In this document: positions 1 to 12,108 of the stretch, piece after piece
Position numbering within the stretch: position 1 is the first letter of the stretch
How the letters are laid out: each line of letters opens with the position of its first letter
From: an uncultured Planctomycetaceae bacterium
GTDB lineage: Bacteria > Planctomycetota > Planctomycetia > Pirellulales > PALSA-1355
Direction of reading: 5' to 3'
NCBI GenBank assembly: GCA_963785305.1
Contig: CAWAUV010000005.1
Coordinates: forward strand, 544,001-608,000
Length of the DNA stretch: 64,000 nt
Translations under genes and position numbers: made by a program
Notes under the pieces: model-generated
Told to the model about the DNA's origin: nothing
Database searches by the model: none
What the model saw: only the letters and a program-made list of their open reading frames with translations

Positions 1-403
1 CGCATGGCGAGCCCGACTGTTTTCGCGATTGGAATCCTGACCCTTCGGCGGACGACGGCGCGGAAGATCAGCTTCTGGCTCGGCTCGCCGCCATGGAGCA
101 AGCCGTGCGACGCGATGCGCTTCGCCTCAAGCGGGCCGTTCGCTTTCGCGAAGTTCTGGTCGAGGGGCGCCGTGGCGCGTTGCTTGGCATCGGCCCGAGC
201 AGCAGACGCTCCGCTTGCTCGCGCCGTATTTGCTTCGCCGGTTCCGCGCGTTTCGTTGGATTGTCATCACGCCCGACGAATCACTGGCGTGGAATGGAGC
301 ATCCCTCGCGTTTGTTCCCGGTTATCCGCTGGCCGACGGCGCGCCGACCGAAGAGCAGTTCTCCGTTTGGCTGCGTTCGATCGAGGGCCAGAGCGTGTGT
401 TGA
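1..403 (+). CDS. DUF4130/TIGR03915-like putative DNA metabolism protein, 3' part (5' end outside window, frameshift near 170)
   Basis: Joined frames read LAAMEQAVRRDALRLKRAVRFREV...WRVAWHRPEQQTLRLLAPYLLRRFRAFRWIVITPDESLAWNG, resembling the DUF4130 pattern (recalled, not searched). Confidence 0.55.
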
Positions 404-436
404 ACAATGCGCGGCGTCTGCTTTTTCAACGCGCGG

Positions 437-2085
437 TCAACGGTAGCTTTGCTCATATTGCCCGCCGCCATAGATCGGCGGCAGCGGCTCGGGCCGGCTC
501 ACGTCGATCGGCTGCGGGCGCCCGAGACCACCGCTGCGATCGAACGCCAGAATCGAGGCCGGATAGCCCACGGCATGATACATGCGAAATTCCGCGCGAT
601 TGTAATCATTGACCGCTTGATAATAGTTCTGATAAGCGAGCGCCAACTGCTCGATCGACAGCACCACTTCCGCGGGCCGGATCATCATCTGCAAGATGTC
701 TTGAAAGCGAATGGTTTCCTTCACGCCCTTGATATTGCCCTCGAACGAGATTTGCGCTTGCCTCACGCCGGTTTCGGCTTCGGGAATGCGCTGCGCGGCG
801 GAGATGAGCTCGGCATGCGCCTTCGCGATCTCGGCGGCCACGTCGTCTTGCACTCGGAACATTTCGAGCAGTTGTTGTCGCTGCTGGGCCGAGCGCTCGC
901 GAATGAGCCCCGCGTTTCCAAAGCCCATGTTCTGCACGCCCCAGAGCATTTGCATTTCGACATCGTTTCGGAACTGATTAGGGCTACCGAGCCCATTGTT
1001 GCTCGACCCAAACAGACCACCCATGAGATAGCCGCCAGGCGCCGTGGGCACCGGGGCGCCTTGCAGCACCAAACTCGGCAACAGTGGGCGCAATCGTTCT
1101 TGTCGCAAGCGCAAGAGCGTGGCTTGCACCAACTGCCGCTGCGAAGCGAGTTCCGGACGGGTCGTGAGTCCGATTGGAATCAGCGAATCGACGGTTTCGG
1201 CCGGTGAGATAAACGTCACCTGCATATGGGGCGGCTCAAGCGGCACGGCCAGGGCGCTCGGGTCGAGCCGCAGCACCCGCGTGAGCTCGGCGCTCGCCAC
1301 GCCCCACGCTTCGCGGGCGCGCAAATACGACTGCTCGCGCGCCGCGAGATCGGCGCGGGCGCGATTGATTTCGATCGGTGGAACCAGCCCCTCGGACAAG
1401 GCGGTCACGGTTTTGACCAGCAGGCGCGCTTTCTCGACCGCGTCGGCGGCGCCGGCCATCAAACCCCGGGCCTGTTGCACGTTGAAGTAGGCCACGGCGA
1501 CTTGCAACATGGCATCGTTGCGAGCGCTTTGCACATCGTAGTCTCGCGCCGCCACCACTTGCCGCGCGGCCAGCGGCATGAAGATCGCATCGGTCGTCGA
1601 GACGATGCCGAGCGCGCCATAGCCGAGCAAGTACTGGTTGCGATCGTTGTCGAAATACCCCCCCGAACTCGCCTGTACTCCGCCCACATGGTTCAAATAG
1701 CCGGCGCCAAGGTTGATATCGGGCAACCACAAGGCCCGGGCGCGCGTAAGCTCGGCGGCCGCGGCGGCTTCGCTGGCCTGGGCGGCTTGGATCACGAGCG
1801 GGCGGCCGTTCGAGAGGCGCAGCGCCGTGGCCAAGTTGATCGGTAGGCCTCGTTCGCCGTCGCGAACATCATTCAAAGTGCCTGGCAGCCTCTGCATGCC
1901 ATGGCTGTCCATGCGCGGCGCTAGGAGGGAGCCATCGACCGGAGGGGTCGGCACATTATTCGCCGCGGGCGGACTCCAAGGCGGGCTCGCGGGCCCCGGC
2001 AGCGATTCGACGAATCCGGGCCCCGAGTCGTCGGCGCCGACCTGCGCAGGGCGCGACCGGCCATGAGCGCCATTAGAATCGTCAT
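437..2085 (-). CDS. TolC-family outer membrane efflux protein (start uncertain; frameshift in the N-terminal region)
   Basis: ORF 437..1954 shows OEP repeats (INLATALRLSNGRP, LQVAVAYFNV, RPELASQRQLV, YYQAVNDYNRAEFRMYHAVG). A hydrophobic leader MTILMALMAG lies upstream in another frame. Divergent from the RND genes. Confidence 0.8.
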
Positions 2086-2241
2086 GACCGTTAGGAACAC
2101 TCGCGAGCCGCGCCCTCGTTCAAGCGGTGATCCCGGCAAGGTGGGGATGAACGAAAGACACGGCATAAACGACTCGCAACGGGAGTGAGGATCGCAAGGC
2201 GGGCGCTGATGCTCTTACCATCGACAGATTCCGTTTAGGCG

Positions 2242-2275
2242 TTGAAATGCTGGCGCCGAGAATCTATGGTACAAT
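2242..2275 (+). promoter_or_regulatory. Candidate sigma70 promoter for the RND operon
   Basis: TTGAAA-N17-TATGGT, overlapping an alternative extended -10 TGgTACAAT. Confidence 0.3.
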
Positions 2276-2519
2276 CCGACCTCCGCCGTCAGACTTTCGC
2301 TAGCCGGAATTTTGGCGCGGCGCGGCGCGGAAAACTGTGCGCGACCGACGAAATCCGCGCCATCGCGCTTGTCGGCGGCCCTAGCGCTCAACCGCGGTTT
2401 GAGCGGCCGTCCGACGCAAGCTTCTTGACACCGAGCGTCGATCTAACTCCCTAAGATGGACCGTGCGCCGCGGCATGCGACGGTCCGAAGGGTTTGAAAA
2501 TCGCAAGGCCCGCCACGAC

Positions 2520-5500
2520 ATGAATCCCATTGTCTTCGCAATGCGTCACCCCATCACGATGATGATGGTGGTGCTGGGTGTGCTGATTGCGGGAATCGTG
2601 GCGATTTTCACGATGCGGATCGATATTTTTCCGCCCTTCGATCTGCCGGAAATTTACATCGTTCAGACGTACAACGGCATGAGCCCCTCGCAAATGGAGG
2701 GGCTGATCGTAAACCAGTACGAGCTCAATTTCCAATACGTCAATGGAATCAAGGACGTCCAGTCGAAGAGCGTTCCGCAAATGGCGCTCATGAAGCTTTC
2801 GTTCTATCCGGGCACGGAAATGGGCCAAGCCCTGGGCGAGGTCGTAAGCCAAGCCAATCGAGCGCATTCGACGATGCCGCCGAGCGTGCTGCCGCCGCAA
2901 ATCATGCGGATGGACGCTGGCAGCTTTCCGGTGGGCTATTTGGTGCTCACGAGCGATACGGTGTCGCTTGGCATGCTGGCCGACATGGCCCAGCAGCGCA
3001 TCCGTCCGCTGCTTCAGGCCCACGTGCCGGGCACGGTGGGCACATCTCCCTTCGGATCGAATGTTCGCGCCATTGTCATTAAAGTCGATCTCGAGCGACT
3101 CCGCTCCTACAACCTCACGCCGAACGACGTGGTCGAGGCCTTGCGGACCGGCAACTTGGTGGCGCCGGCGGGCAACCTCTATGTACGCGATCAGATGCCG
3201 CTGGTGCCTTTCGACGCGATGATCGTCGACGTGCGGGATTTCGGCAAAATCCCGCTCCGCAAGGGGCGGAACGTCTATATCCGCGACGTGGCCACGATCC
3301 AAGACGCGACCGACATCAATTACGGCTATGCGATCGTCAACGGCAAGCCGCAGGTATATGTGCCGGTGGTCAAACAGAATACATCGTCGACGTTGACCGT
3401 CGTGTCGGACATCCACAAGACGATGAAACAATTTCAAGACGTGCTGCCCAAGTCGGTCAAGATCAGCTACGAGTTCGACGAGTCCCCCACCGTGAAGGAG
3501 TCGATCAAGAGCGTGGCCACCGAGGGCGCCATCGGCGCGATTCTCACCGGTATCATGATCCTGATCTTCTTGCACGATTGGCGCAGCGTGATCGTGGTGG
3601 TGTTCAATATCCCCATGGCGCTTTTGAGCTCCTTGCTCTGCCTCTGGGTCACGGGGGCCACGATCAACATCATGACGCTGGGCGGACTCGCGCTCGCGAT
3701 CGGCATGCTCGTCGACGAAGCGACCGTGTCGATCGAGAACATCCATGTGCAAATGGAAACGACCAAGTCGTTGGCTCGGGCGGTCGAGCGCGGAAGCAAC
3801 GAGACCGCCGTGCCACGACTCTTGGCGATGCTCTGTATTCTTTCCGTGTTCATCCCGGCCTTCATCATGGCCGAGCCGGTGCGGTCGCTCTTCGTGCCGC
3901 TTTCGCTGGCCGTGGGCTTCGCCATGATCGCCTCGTACATTCTTTCGAGCACCGTGGTGCCGGTGCTTTCGGTCTGGCTGCTCAAGCACCGCGGCGAATT
4001 CGAACATCCGCGAGATGAATCCAGCGAAGCACCGGACGACGCCAAGCACTCCGAGGAGCCGCGGGGCATTTTCGGCCATGTGCAGAAGCGTTTTAGCCGG
4101 GCCGTGTCGTTCATGGTCGATTGGCGCTGGTTGGTCGTGCCGATTTATCTCCTGGTTTGCGGCCTCGTGCTTTTGCTCGGCGCCTCGAACTTGGGACCGA
4201 ACTTTTTCCGCAAGTCGACTCCGGCGAATTCGAAATTCGCTTTCGCACGCCGCCCGGCACGAACTACGAGGTGACGCGCGAAACGTGGGTCCGCGCATTG
4301 AAGGTCATTGACGACGAGGCCAAGAGCGAAAATGTCCACATCTCGATGGGCTTCGCCGGTCAGCAGGCGCCTGACTTCGGCATGAACAACCTGATTCTGT
4401 TCATGCGCGGTTCCGATGACGGCGAGATTCGCGTGCAGTTCGTGCCCGGCTCCGGCATCAAGCTCGACGCCTTTCGCGAGACGCTCCGCGCAAATTGCCC
4501 AAGGAAATCACGCCCTGGCTCGAGAAACGCCTGGAGCGCGAAGGCTACTCTCGCAATGAGGCCGAAGCGCGGGCCTCGATGCTGAAGTTCGGATTCGAGC
4601 CCGGCGACGTGGTAAGCAAGGTGATGAGTTTCGGTTCGCCCACGCCGATCGAAGTGCGCGTCGTGAGCCACCAATTGGACCAAGCGCGCGAAATGGCCAA
4701 GTCCATCGAGCGCGAGATGAAGAAAATCAAATGGCTCCGCGATGTGCAAATCCAGCAGACGCTCGAGTATCCGTCGGTGCCCATCCACATCGATCGCGAA
4801 AAGGCCGGCCTCAGCGGCGTCACGGCCAAGGACGTGACCGATTCGATTCTCGTGGCTACCTCCTCGAGCCGGCTCGTCGAGCGCAATTATTGGCAAGACC
4901 CCAAATCTGGCCACACCTATCAAGTGCAGATCGAAGTGCCCACGACGCATATGAATTCCTCGGCCCAGGCGGAAAAAATCCCCATCGATGAAGTGGACTC
5001 GGGCCTGAACCTGATGCTCCGCGACGTGGCCAGCGTGGGGCGAGGCGCGGTGCCGGGCGAGTACGATCGCACCGCCATGCAGCGATTCATCAGCGTGACC
5101 GCCAATGTCGAGGGCGAGGACCTCGGCCGCGCCGCCAAGCAAATCGACAAGGCGATTAAAGACGCCGGCGCTCCACCGCGCGGGTGACGATCGAAAACCA
5201 CGGCCAAATCGCGCCCATGAAGGAAATGTTCAAGTCGCTCGGCATCGGATTATGCGTGGCCGTGCTCGTGATCCTCATTATGCTCACTGCCTACTTCCAG
5301 GCTTGGAAATTGGCCGTGATTTCGATCGGCGCCGTGCCCGGGGTGCTCAGCGGCGTGGTGCTGATTCTGCTGTTGACCGGCACCACGTTGAATATCGAAT
5401 CGTTCATGGGCACGATCATGTGCATTGGCGTGTCGGTGTCGAACAGCGTGATGCTCGTCACGTTTGCCGATCGCGACTGGCAAGGCGGGCTCCCATCGCA

Positions 5501-5900
5501 TGACGCCGCCAAGTCGGCCGCCAAGGAACGCCTGCGGCCGATCCTCATGACCGCCTGCGCCATGATCGTGGGCATGATTCCCATGTCGCTCGCGCTCGAG
5601 GCGGGCAGTCAAATGGAGGCGCCGCTCGGGCGAGCCGTGATCGGCGGCCTTTTGGTGTCGACGTTCGGCACGCTGCTGATGCTGCCGCCGATCTTCGCCC
5701 TGGTAGTCGGCAAGCAAAAGCCGGTGTCGCCCTCGCTCGATCCCGACGATCCCGGAAGCGAGCAATACGACCCCGAGGGCGTGAGGGAAAACGAGGAAAA
5801 GGCCAAAGAGGCAAAACAGGGCCAGGCGACAAAAGGCGATGAGAGGGCCGGCGATCGGGAAAACGATGGCGATCGCCCCGACTCGCGGCACGACGCGTAG
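2520..5900 (+). CDS. RND efflux transporter permease subunit (AcrB/CusA family), split by about 3 frameshifts
   Basis: MNPIVFAMRHPIT..., NIMTLGGLALAIGMLVDEATVSIENI and RLRPILMTACAMIVGMIPMSL are spread over ORFs 2463..4274, 4121..4585, 4495..5187 and 5184..5900. Confidence 0.9.
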
Positions 5901-6008
5901 CTCGGCGGCGTCGGCCAACAATCCGAATGGCGCCGAGCCCGGGATAACAAATGGGTAGCGCATGCGCGAGCCACGGAGCGCCACGCGAACAAGCTCCGGA
6001 ACCAGTTC

Positions 6009-7484
6009 ATGATCAAGAAACAAGTCGTCCCCGTGCTGGCCCTCGCGCTGCTGATGCTCGTTTCGGGCTGCGGCGAGAAGATGAAGCCCGCCCCGACCGA
6101 GCATGTCGACCCGGCGGTCAAGCTCGTGAGGCCCGAGCAGCGCACGATCGTGCGCCACATCGGCCAGCCGGCGTTTATCAACGCCTTCGAGCGCACCAGC
6201 ATGTATCCCAAGGTCGCGGGATTCATCATCAAGTGGAATGTCGATATCGGCGACCTGATCAAGAAAGATCAGGTGCTCTGCGAGCTCTATGTGCCGGAAC
6301 TCGAGGCCGAGGTCGAGCAAAAGAAAGCCGAAGTCGTTCACGACAAGGCAGTGGTCGAAGTCGCGCGGCAAATGGTGAGCGTGGCGCGAACCAAAATCGA
6401 AGCGGCCCAGGCCGATGTCGTCAAGGCCCAGGCCGACGTGGGCGGCTATCAAGCGCTTGTCGAGCGGTGGCAATCGGAAGTCAAACGGCTCACGCGAATG
6501 GCCAACGAAAAGGTCGTTGACCGGCAGATTCTCGACGAATCGGAGCGACAACTCAAAGCCAATATCGCGCAGCGCGACGCCGCCGAGGCCGCCATCAAGT
6601 CGGCCGAGGCCGAAGTCGAATCACGCAAGGCCGATCTGAGCAAGGCCCACGCCGATGTCGACGCGGCGGATGCGTCGACCAAAGTGGCCGACGCCAACTT
6701 GAATCGCGTGAAGGCGCTCTATAGCTACACCAAGCTCGTCGCTCCCTACGACGGAATCGTGATCGTGCGCAACGCCAACAAGGGCGATTTCGTGCAACCC
6801 GCCGACGGCGACCACTCGAGCGGCTCGGCTTCCCCCGGCGGCCCCGAGGCGCGCAATGCGCCGATTTATGTCGTCGCCCGCACCGATATCGTGCGCGTCT
6901 ATGTCGATGTGCCGGAAATGGACGCGAACAGCATTGTCCGCGGCATGCCGGGTCAGGTGCGCGTCGTGGCGCTCGACGACACCGAACTCACCGGTTCCGT
7001 GACGCGCACCAGTTGGGCGCTCGATTCGCAGACACGCACCCTACGGGCCGAAATCGATCTTCCCAATCCCGACGCGATGATGCTCCCCGGCATGTACGCC
7101 TATGGCGAGATCACGGTCACGCATAAAGACGTGATGGCCCTACCGCTCGGCGCCATCGTGGACCAGGGCGATCAGAAACTCGTGTACCTGCATGTCGATG
7201 GCATGGCCGAGAAGACACCCGTGCAAGTCGGCGGCAATGACGGCAAATATGTCGCGGTGAACAAGAAACAATCCCATGGCAAATGGGTTCCGTTCGATGG
7301 CCATGAAGAAGTGATCATGGGCACGATGTCGGAAATCTCGGATGGCGAAAAAGTTCGCGTGCGGCCCGACAAGGCGCGCATGAAATCCGAGAGTCCGTCG
7401 AATTCGTCGGATACCGGCGGCGACGACGAGAAATCGGAGAGCGATAAATCCGGCGGCGATAAGTCGGGCGATGGCGATAAATAA
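6009..7484 (+). CDS. RND efflux periplasmic adaptor (membrane fusion) lipoprotein
   Basis: Lipobox LVSGC, lipoyl motifs YPKVAGFIIKWNVDIGD and LVAPYDGIV, coiled coil, TRTLRAEIDLPN, LPGMYA. Confidence 0.9.
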   Translation: MIKKQVVPVLALALLMLVSGCGEKMKPAPTEHVDPAVKLVRPEQRTIVRHIGQPAFINAFERTSMYPKVAGFIIKWNVDIGDLIKKDQVLCELYVPELEAEVEQKKAEVVHDKAVVEVARQMVSVARTKIEAAQADVVKAQADVGGYQALVERWQSEVKRLTRMANEKVVDRQILDESERQLKANIAQRDAAEAAIKSAEAEVESRKADLSKAHADVDAADASTKVADANLNRVKALYSYTKLVAPYDGIVIVRNANKGDFVQPADGDHSSGSASPGGPEARNAPIYVVARTDIVRVYVDVPEMDANSIVRGMPGQVRVVALDDTELTGSVTRTSWALDSQTRTLRAEIDLPNPDAMMLPGMYAYGEITVTHKDVMALPLGAIVDQGDQKLVYLHVDGMAEKTPVQVGGNDGKYVAVNKKQSHGKWVPFDGHEEVIMGTMSEISDGEKVRVRPDKARMKSESPSNSSDTGGDDEKSESDKSGGDKSGDGDK

Positions 7485-7574
7485 AAAAGTTCGCGTGAAC
7501 TCGGGGCTTGCGGGTCCCGCGGGGCGAGCGTGGAACATTTTCGCGAGAAAGAATTGGCGAGCCGCGGGCGCCGC

Positions 7575-7603
7575 TTGCAATTTTGGCCGCCGAGCGAGAT
7601 ACT
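7575..7603 (+). promoter_or_regulatory. Candidate sigma70 promoter for tRNA-Arg/rph
   Basis: TTGCAA-N17-GATACT about 55 bp upstream of the tRNA. Confidence 0.35.
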
Positions 7604-7659
7604 TTGCCGGTGCGCGGCGCGGAGATGTTTCTTGCCTCGCGCCGCGCAAGCTAGAACGA

Positions 7660-7733
7660 GCGCCCGTGGCGCAATTGGATAGCGCATCGGTCTTCGGAAC
7701 CGAGGGTTGCAGGTTCGAATCCTGCCGGGCGTA
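7660..7733 (+). tRNA. tRNA-Arg, anticodon TCG; no encoded CCA
   Basis: Acceptor stem GCGCCCG/CGGGCGT, D-arm, anticodon arm TCGGT-CTTCGGA-ACCGA, T-loop GGTTCGAATCC. Confidence 0.95.
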
Positions 7734-7826
7734 TTCACGGAATCTCGTCGCAAGGCCGCGTTGCGAGTTCGGGACGCGCGGCGTTCATTGCCAATTGTCT
7801 CGGGCTCGCTCGGAAGTAAAACGCAC

Positions 7827-8564
7827 ATGGCCGCCGCGCGTCACGATGGCCGCTCGCCCGATCAGCTTCGCCCGCTCACGATCACCCGTGGTTTCACACG
7901 GGCGCCAGCCGGGAGCGTGTTGATTCAGGCCGGTGGCACCAGGGTGCTTTGCACGGCGAGCGTGTCGCATCAGGTCCCTGCCTGGATGGCCGGCCAAGGC
8001 CGCGGCTGGATCACGGCCGAATACGCGATGCTGCCCGGCAGTACCCGCCCGCGCAAGGCCCGCGATGGCGCCAAGCCCGACGGTCGCGGCGTCGAGATTC
8101 AGCGGTTGATCGGCCGTAGCCTGCGCACGATTATCGACCTCGACCTCTTGGGCGAAAACGCGATCACGATCGACTGCGATGTGCTCGAGGCCGATGGCGG
8201 CACGCGCACCGCGAGCATCACCGGCGCCATGGTCGCGCTGGTCAACGCGCTGGCGACGATTCCCAATCTCAAAGCGCCGATTCGGGAAATCCTGCGCGAC
8301 AGCGTGGCGGCCGTCAGCGTGGGCATTGTCGATGGCCGCCCGGCGCTCGATCTGGATTATGTCGAAGACGCGGCGGCCAGCGTGGATATGAATGTGGTGA
8401 TGACCGGCCGCGGACAGTTTGTCGAAATCGGCGGCGCGGGCGAGGAAGCCACATTCGACGACGTCGAGCTCGCCGCGCTTCTGTCGCTCGCCCGCGGCGG
8501 CATCGCCGCGCTTCGCGCCCGGCAAGAAGCGTCGCTGGGGCCCCATTGGCCGTGGCGGAGCTGA
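7827..8564 (+). CDS. rph: Ribonuclease PH
   Basis: RHDGRSPDQLRP, GWITAEYAMLPGST, EIQRLIGRSLR, DCDVLEADGGTRTASITG, DLDYVED, DMNVVMTG. Confidence 0.95.
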   Translation: MAAARHDGRSPDQLRPLTITRGFTRAPAGSVLIQAGGTRVLCTASVSHQVPAWMAGQGRGWITAEYAMLPGSTRPRKARDGAKPDGRGVEIQRLIGRSLRTIIDLDLLGENAITIDCDVLEADGGTRTASITGAMVALVNALATIPNLKAPIREILRDSVAAVSVGIVDGRPALDLDYVEDAAASVDMNVVMTGRGQFVEIGGAGEEATFDDVELAALLSLARGGIAALRARQEASLGPHWPWRS

Positions 8565-8602
8565 GCGACTCGGCGGTGAAGCGTGGCGCTATTCAGCGTG
8601 GC

Positions 8603-9046
8603 CTATGGCTCATGCGGCCCTGGCGATTGCGGCCTCGACTTAGCAACTCGCTTGCGAATGAAATTCACGGTGATCGCCCCCAATCCCAAGCCGAGCGAGC
8701 CGCCCACGATATCGGCGACCCAGTCGTAAAAATCGCAGTCGCGGTCGACCAGCAACTGAGTCCATTCGTCGACCGCCCCATACGCGGCCACGGTCGCCAC
8801 CACCATTGCCGCGCGGCTCCATTTTGGCCCGGAGCGCAGCATAATCACCAGGGCCAGGAGCATGCCGAGCGCCCAATAGCCGTTTAAATGCAGCGCTTTG
8901 TCGTTGACGCCCAGCGTTTTTTCGGGCGGAATGCGAATATGCGTGCCCGTAAACAGCATGATCCAATACACGACGAGCACGACAATCGCCAGTCGCCAGA
9001 TCCACTGAAGCGAAGCGGCGGGATCGAGTTGGGATTCGGTGGCCAT
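8603..9046 (-). CDS. VanZ-like membrane protein
   Basis: DKALHLNGY, YGAVDEWTQLLVDRDCDFYDWVADIVG; several TM segments. Confidence 0.8.
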   Translation of the reverse strand: MATESQLDPAASLQWIWRLAIVVLVVYWIMLFTGTHIRIPPEKTLGVNDKALHLNGYWALGMLLALVIMLRSGPKWSRAAMVVATVAAYGAVDEWTQLLVDRDCDFYDWVADIVGGSLGLGLGAITVNFIRKRVAKSRPQSPGPHEP

Positions 9047-9163
9047 GACGCTGCCCGGTGTGCGAGGTGTGTTCTCCGCACGCTACCATAATTCCTCGCC
9101 CGCGCAACCGCCAAATGCGGTGGAGCTTGGCCATAATGGCGACTTGCCGCTCGCCGTTCAGCT

Positions 9164-10240
9164 TCAGCGTTCTACCCAGTCGGGATATTCACTCGGCGTG
9201 ACCGAGCGCTCGATTCGCCGCTCGGACCGCAAAATGACGATCGAGGTCGGCGTCTCGACCGGCAGCCGGGCCAGCAATTGATGCAAGTCGTCGACGCTCG
9301 TGATCGGCTCGCCACCGAGCGCGACCACGAGATCGCCCTCCTCGAGGCCCGCCGCGTCGGCCGGCCCGCCCATTTCGACACCGGCCACTTCCACCGCGGA
9401 GCGCTCGGCGAGCCCGTGTTCCTCGGCCAGTGTTCGGGCCAGGGGAGCGGCGCGGCCATGCAAACCCAAGTAACCGCGCACCACGCGGCCATGTTGCATG
9501 AGCTGCGGCAGCACGGCGCCGGCGGTATTGATGGGAATCGCAAAGCAGATTCCCTGCGCTGGCGCGATGATCGCGGTATTGATACCCACCACGCGCGAGC
9601 GGCCATCGAGCAGCGGTCCGCCGCTATTGCCGGGATTCAGCGCGGCGTCGGTTTGAATCACGTTGTCGACCCGATGTCCGGTCACACTGCGCAGCGAGCG
9701 ACCCACGGCGCTCACGACCCCCGCCGTGACCGTGGATTCGAATCCCAACGGACTTCCGATGGCCACCACGAGTTGCCCCACGCGCAGCGTCGCGGAATTG
9801 CCCAGGGCCACATAGGGAAAGTCGGCGCCATCGGCCCGCACCACGGCCAGATCGGTCCAGGGATCGGCGCCCACGACATGGCCGCCCAGCTCGCGACCAT
9901 CGTGCATGCGAACCCGCACATTGCGATGTCCGCGGATCACATGATGATTCGTGAGCAAAAATCCATCGGGAGTGAAGAGCACCCCGGAGCCCGATCCGCC
10001 GTGTTGTCCCTGTCCGGCGCAGATTGACCACGGCCGGGCGAGCTGTTTCAGCCACGGTGCTCACGACGCGCGAGAAGGCATCGAGCGGTTCTTCGACTTC
10101 GGAATGATCTTGCCCGAGGAGGCTAGCCTGCCGGACGAGGTTGGCCCGCTGTTCCGACTCGGGGCCAACCGACCGGGGCGCTCCGAATCAGGGCTTCGTG
10201 GAGATTCGCCGGCGACATGCTGAAATAAATGCCGAACCAT
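9164..10240 (-). CDS. HtrA/DegP-like trypsin serine protease with PDZ domain (N-terminal frameshifts)
   Basis: LLTNHHV, DLAVV, IQTDAALNPGNSGGPL and a C-terminal PDZ (GYLG, GGPADAAGLEEGD). An upstream frame gives LDAFSRVVSTVAETARPAVVNL. Confidence 0.85.
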
Positions 10241-10356
10241 GATGCTTTCCTTGACGGCCGCGAGCCGCCGCTACAGTATCGAGCATGATAGGAACGCTCG
10301 AATTGTAGGGCGCTCGGTCAAGGCTGGCATCCGCGGGCCGCGCCGCTCGATCCGCG

Positions 10357-12108
10357 TCAACTGTTGACGGCCGCGAACTTTTCGGCGAAAGCCCGCAGGT
10401 CTTCGACGCCTTTGCGGTGGCAGAAGTCGCCCAGCGTCTCGCCGCCGTCGCGAGCTTGCTTGAAGTAGACAAGCAGCGGCACGAGCGAGGGCACGATGTC
10501 GGCGGCCGGCACCATGTCCTTGTAATTGAAATTCAAGCGGTCGCCCAACAATCGGCCACCGGCGAAGACCGTGTACTTGCCGGCCGCCTTGCCCACGAGC
10601 CCGATGTCGGAATTATAGGGCCGAGCGCATCCATTGGGGCATCCGGTCATGCGAAGCGTAAATCGTTCTTGCGACAAGCCCAGCCGCGCCAGCTCCACTT
10701 CGAGCGAATCCAAAATGCCGGGCAGCGCTCGCTCCGACTCCGTGATCGAGAGTCCGCAAGTGGGCCAGGCCACGCACGCCATGCTCCAGCGGCGCACCTC
10801 CGAAATCTCGCTGCTGAGCTTCACGCCGTGGCCGTGCAAGATGTCTTCGACCGCGCCGCGATCGCCAGGCGCGAGGTCGCATAGCAGCATGCTCTGATGG
10901 GCCGTGAGCCGCACGCTCGGCCGAAAGCGGCGGCATATTTCGCGCAGAGCCGACTTCAATCGCAAGTCGCCCACATCATGAATGCGGCCGTTTTCCACGT
11001 TGAGGCCGTAAAAAAGCCGCCCGTCGCCTTGTTCGTTCCAGCCCAGGTGGTCATCGAATCCGTGGACATCGGCCGGATCTGGATCATCGAGCGATTGGCC
11101 ATGGTACTCTTCGACCTTGGCCTTGAATGCCGCGAGGCCGATGTTGTGGATCAAGTATTTCAAGCGAGCCACTTTGCGGTCGACGCGATTGCCGAAATCC
11201 CGCTGCACCTTGACCACCGCCGTGGCCACGTCGATCGCCTGCTCGGGCCGCACGAACGCCATTCGCTTGGCGAGGGCCGGAAAGGTCTTCGCCGCGCTGG
11301 GAGTGACGCCCATGCCGCCGCCAACCGTCACATTGTAGCCCGCGATGCGGCCATCGCGCACAATCGCCATGAAGCCGAGATCGTTGGCATAGAGGTCGAT
11401 GCAATTGTCGTCGGGCAAGCCGATCGCCATTTTGAATTTTCGCGGCAGATAGGTCGGGCCGTAGATCGGCTCGACATCGGTCTGGGGCTCGCCGCCGCCG
11501 ACCAACGATTTTTCCTCGGTCTCGGGGTCCGTGAGCCACAGTTCATGATAGGCGCCGGTGCGCGGCGCGAAATGATCGGCCATTTGGTCGGCGAGCTTCT
11601 GCATTGCATCGCGCACTGAATCTTCGTGCTTTGGCGCCGGGCAGCACATCACGTTGCGATTCACATCGCCGCAGGCCGCGAGGGTCGAAAGCTGCACCTG
11701 GTTGATCCTCTGAATCACATGCCGCAAGTTGCTCTTGACGATGCCATGCAATTGCAGGCCCTGGCGGCTCGTGATGCGCAAGGTGGTGTTGCCCACTTCG
11801 TCGGCCAGGTCGAGCTCCGCGAGCAACTGGTCGCTGGTGAGTTTGCCGCCGGGAACTCGACTGCGAACCATGAAGGTAAACACCTTGGCCGCTTTATTTA
11901 CCGCGTCGGCCCGGCCGGCGGCTCGGGCGTCGCGGTCGTCTTGCTGATACGTGCCATGGGCCTTGAGAAGCTGCACGCTCGCCTTGCCGAAGAAGTCGTT
12001 TTCGTCGACCAACTCCGCGCCGATGTCGCCGCGCAAGTAGTTGCTTTCTTCCTTGAATGTCTCGACCGGGCTCAGCTTGACCTCTTTCGGCTTCGATTCG
12101 GGCGCCAT
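10357..12108 (-). CDS. cysI: Assimilatory sulfite (or nitrite) reductase hemoprotein subunit
   Basis: HGTYQQDDRD, ACGDVNRNV, TYLPRKFK; siroheme/Fe-S cysteines ACVAWPTCGL and RMTGCPNGCARP. Confidence 0.85.
   Translation of the reverse strand: MAPESKPKEVKLSPVETFKEESNYLRGDIGAELVDENDFFGKASVQLLKAHGTYQQDDRDARAAGRADAVNKAAKVFTFMVRSRVPGGKLTSDQLLAELDLADEVGNTTLRITSRQGLQLHGIVKSNLRHVIQRINQVQLSTLAACGDVNRNVMCCPAPKHEDSVRDAMQKLADQMADHFAPRTGAYHELWLTDPETEEKSLVGGGEPQTDVEPIYGPTYLPRKFKMAIGLPDDNCIDLYANDLGFMAIVRDGRIAGYNVTVGGGMGVTPSAAKTFPALAKRMAFVRPEQAIDVATAVVKVQRDFGNRVDRKVARLKYLIHNIGLAAFKAKVEEYHGQSLDDPDPADVHGFDDHLGWNEQGDGRLFYGLNVENGRIHDVGDLRLKSALREICRRFRPSVRLTAHQSMLLCDLAPGDRGAVEDILHGHGVKLSSEISEVRRWSMACVAWPTCGLSITESERALPGILDSLEVELARLGLSQERFTLRMTGCPNGCARPYNSDIGLVGKAAGKYTVFAGGRLLGDRLNFNYKDMVPAADIVPSLVPLLVYFKQARDGGETLGDFCHRKGVEDLRAFAEKFAAVNS

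Noticed and set aside
7660..7733. tRNA as an integration site for the 42-64 kb element
   Set aside because: No duplicated tRNA 3' end or integrase is seen, and the tRNA is flanked by housekeeping genes.
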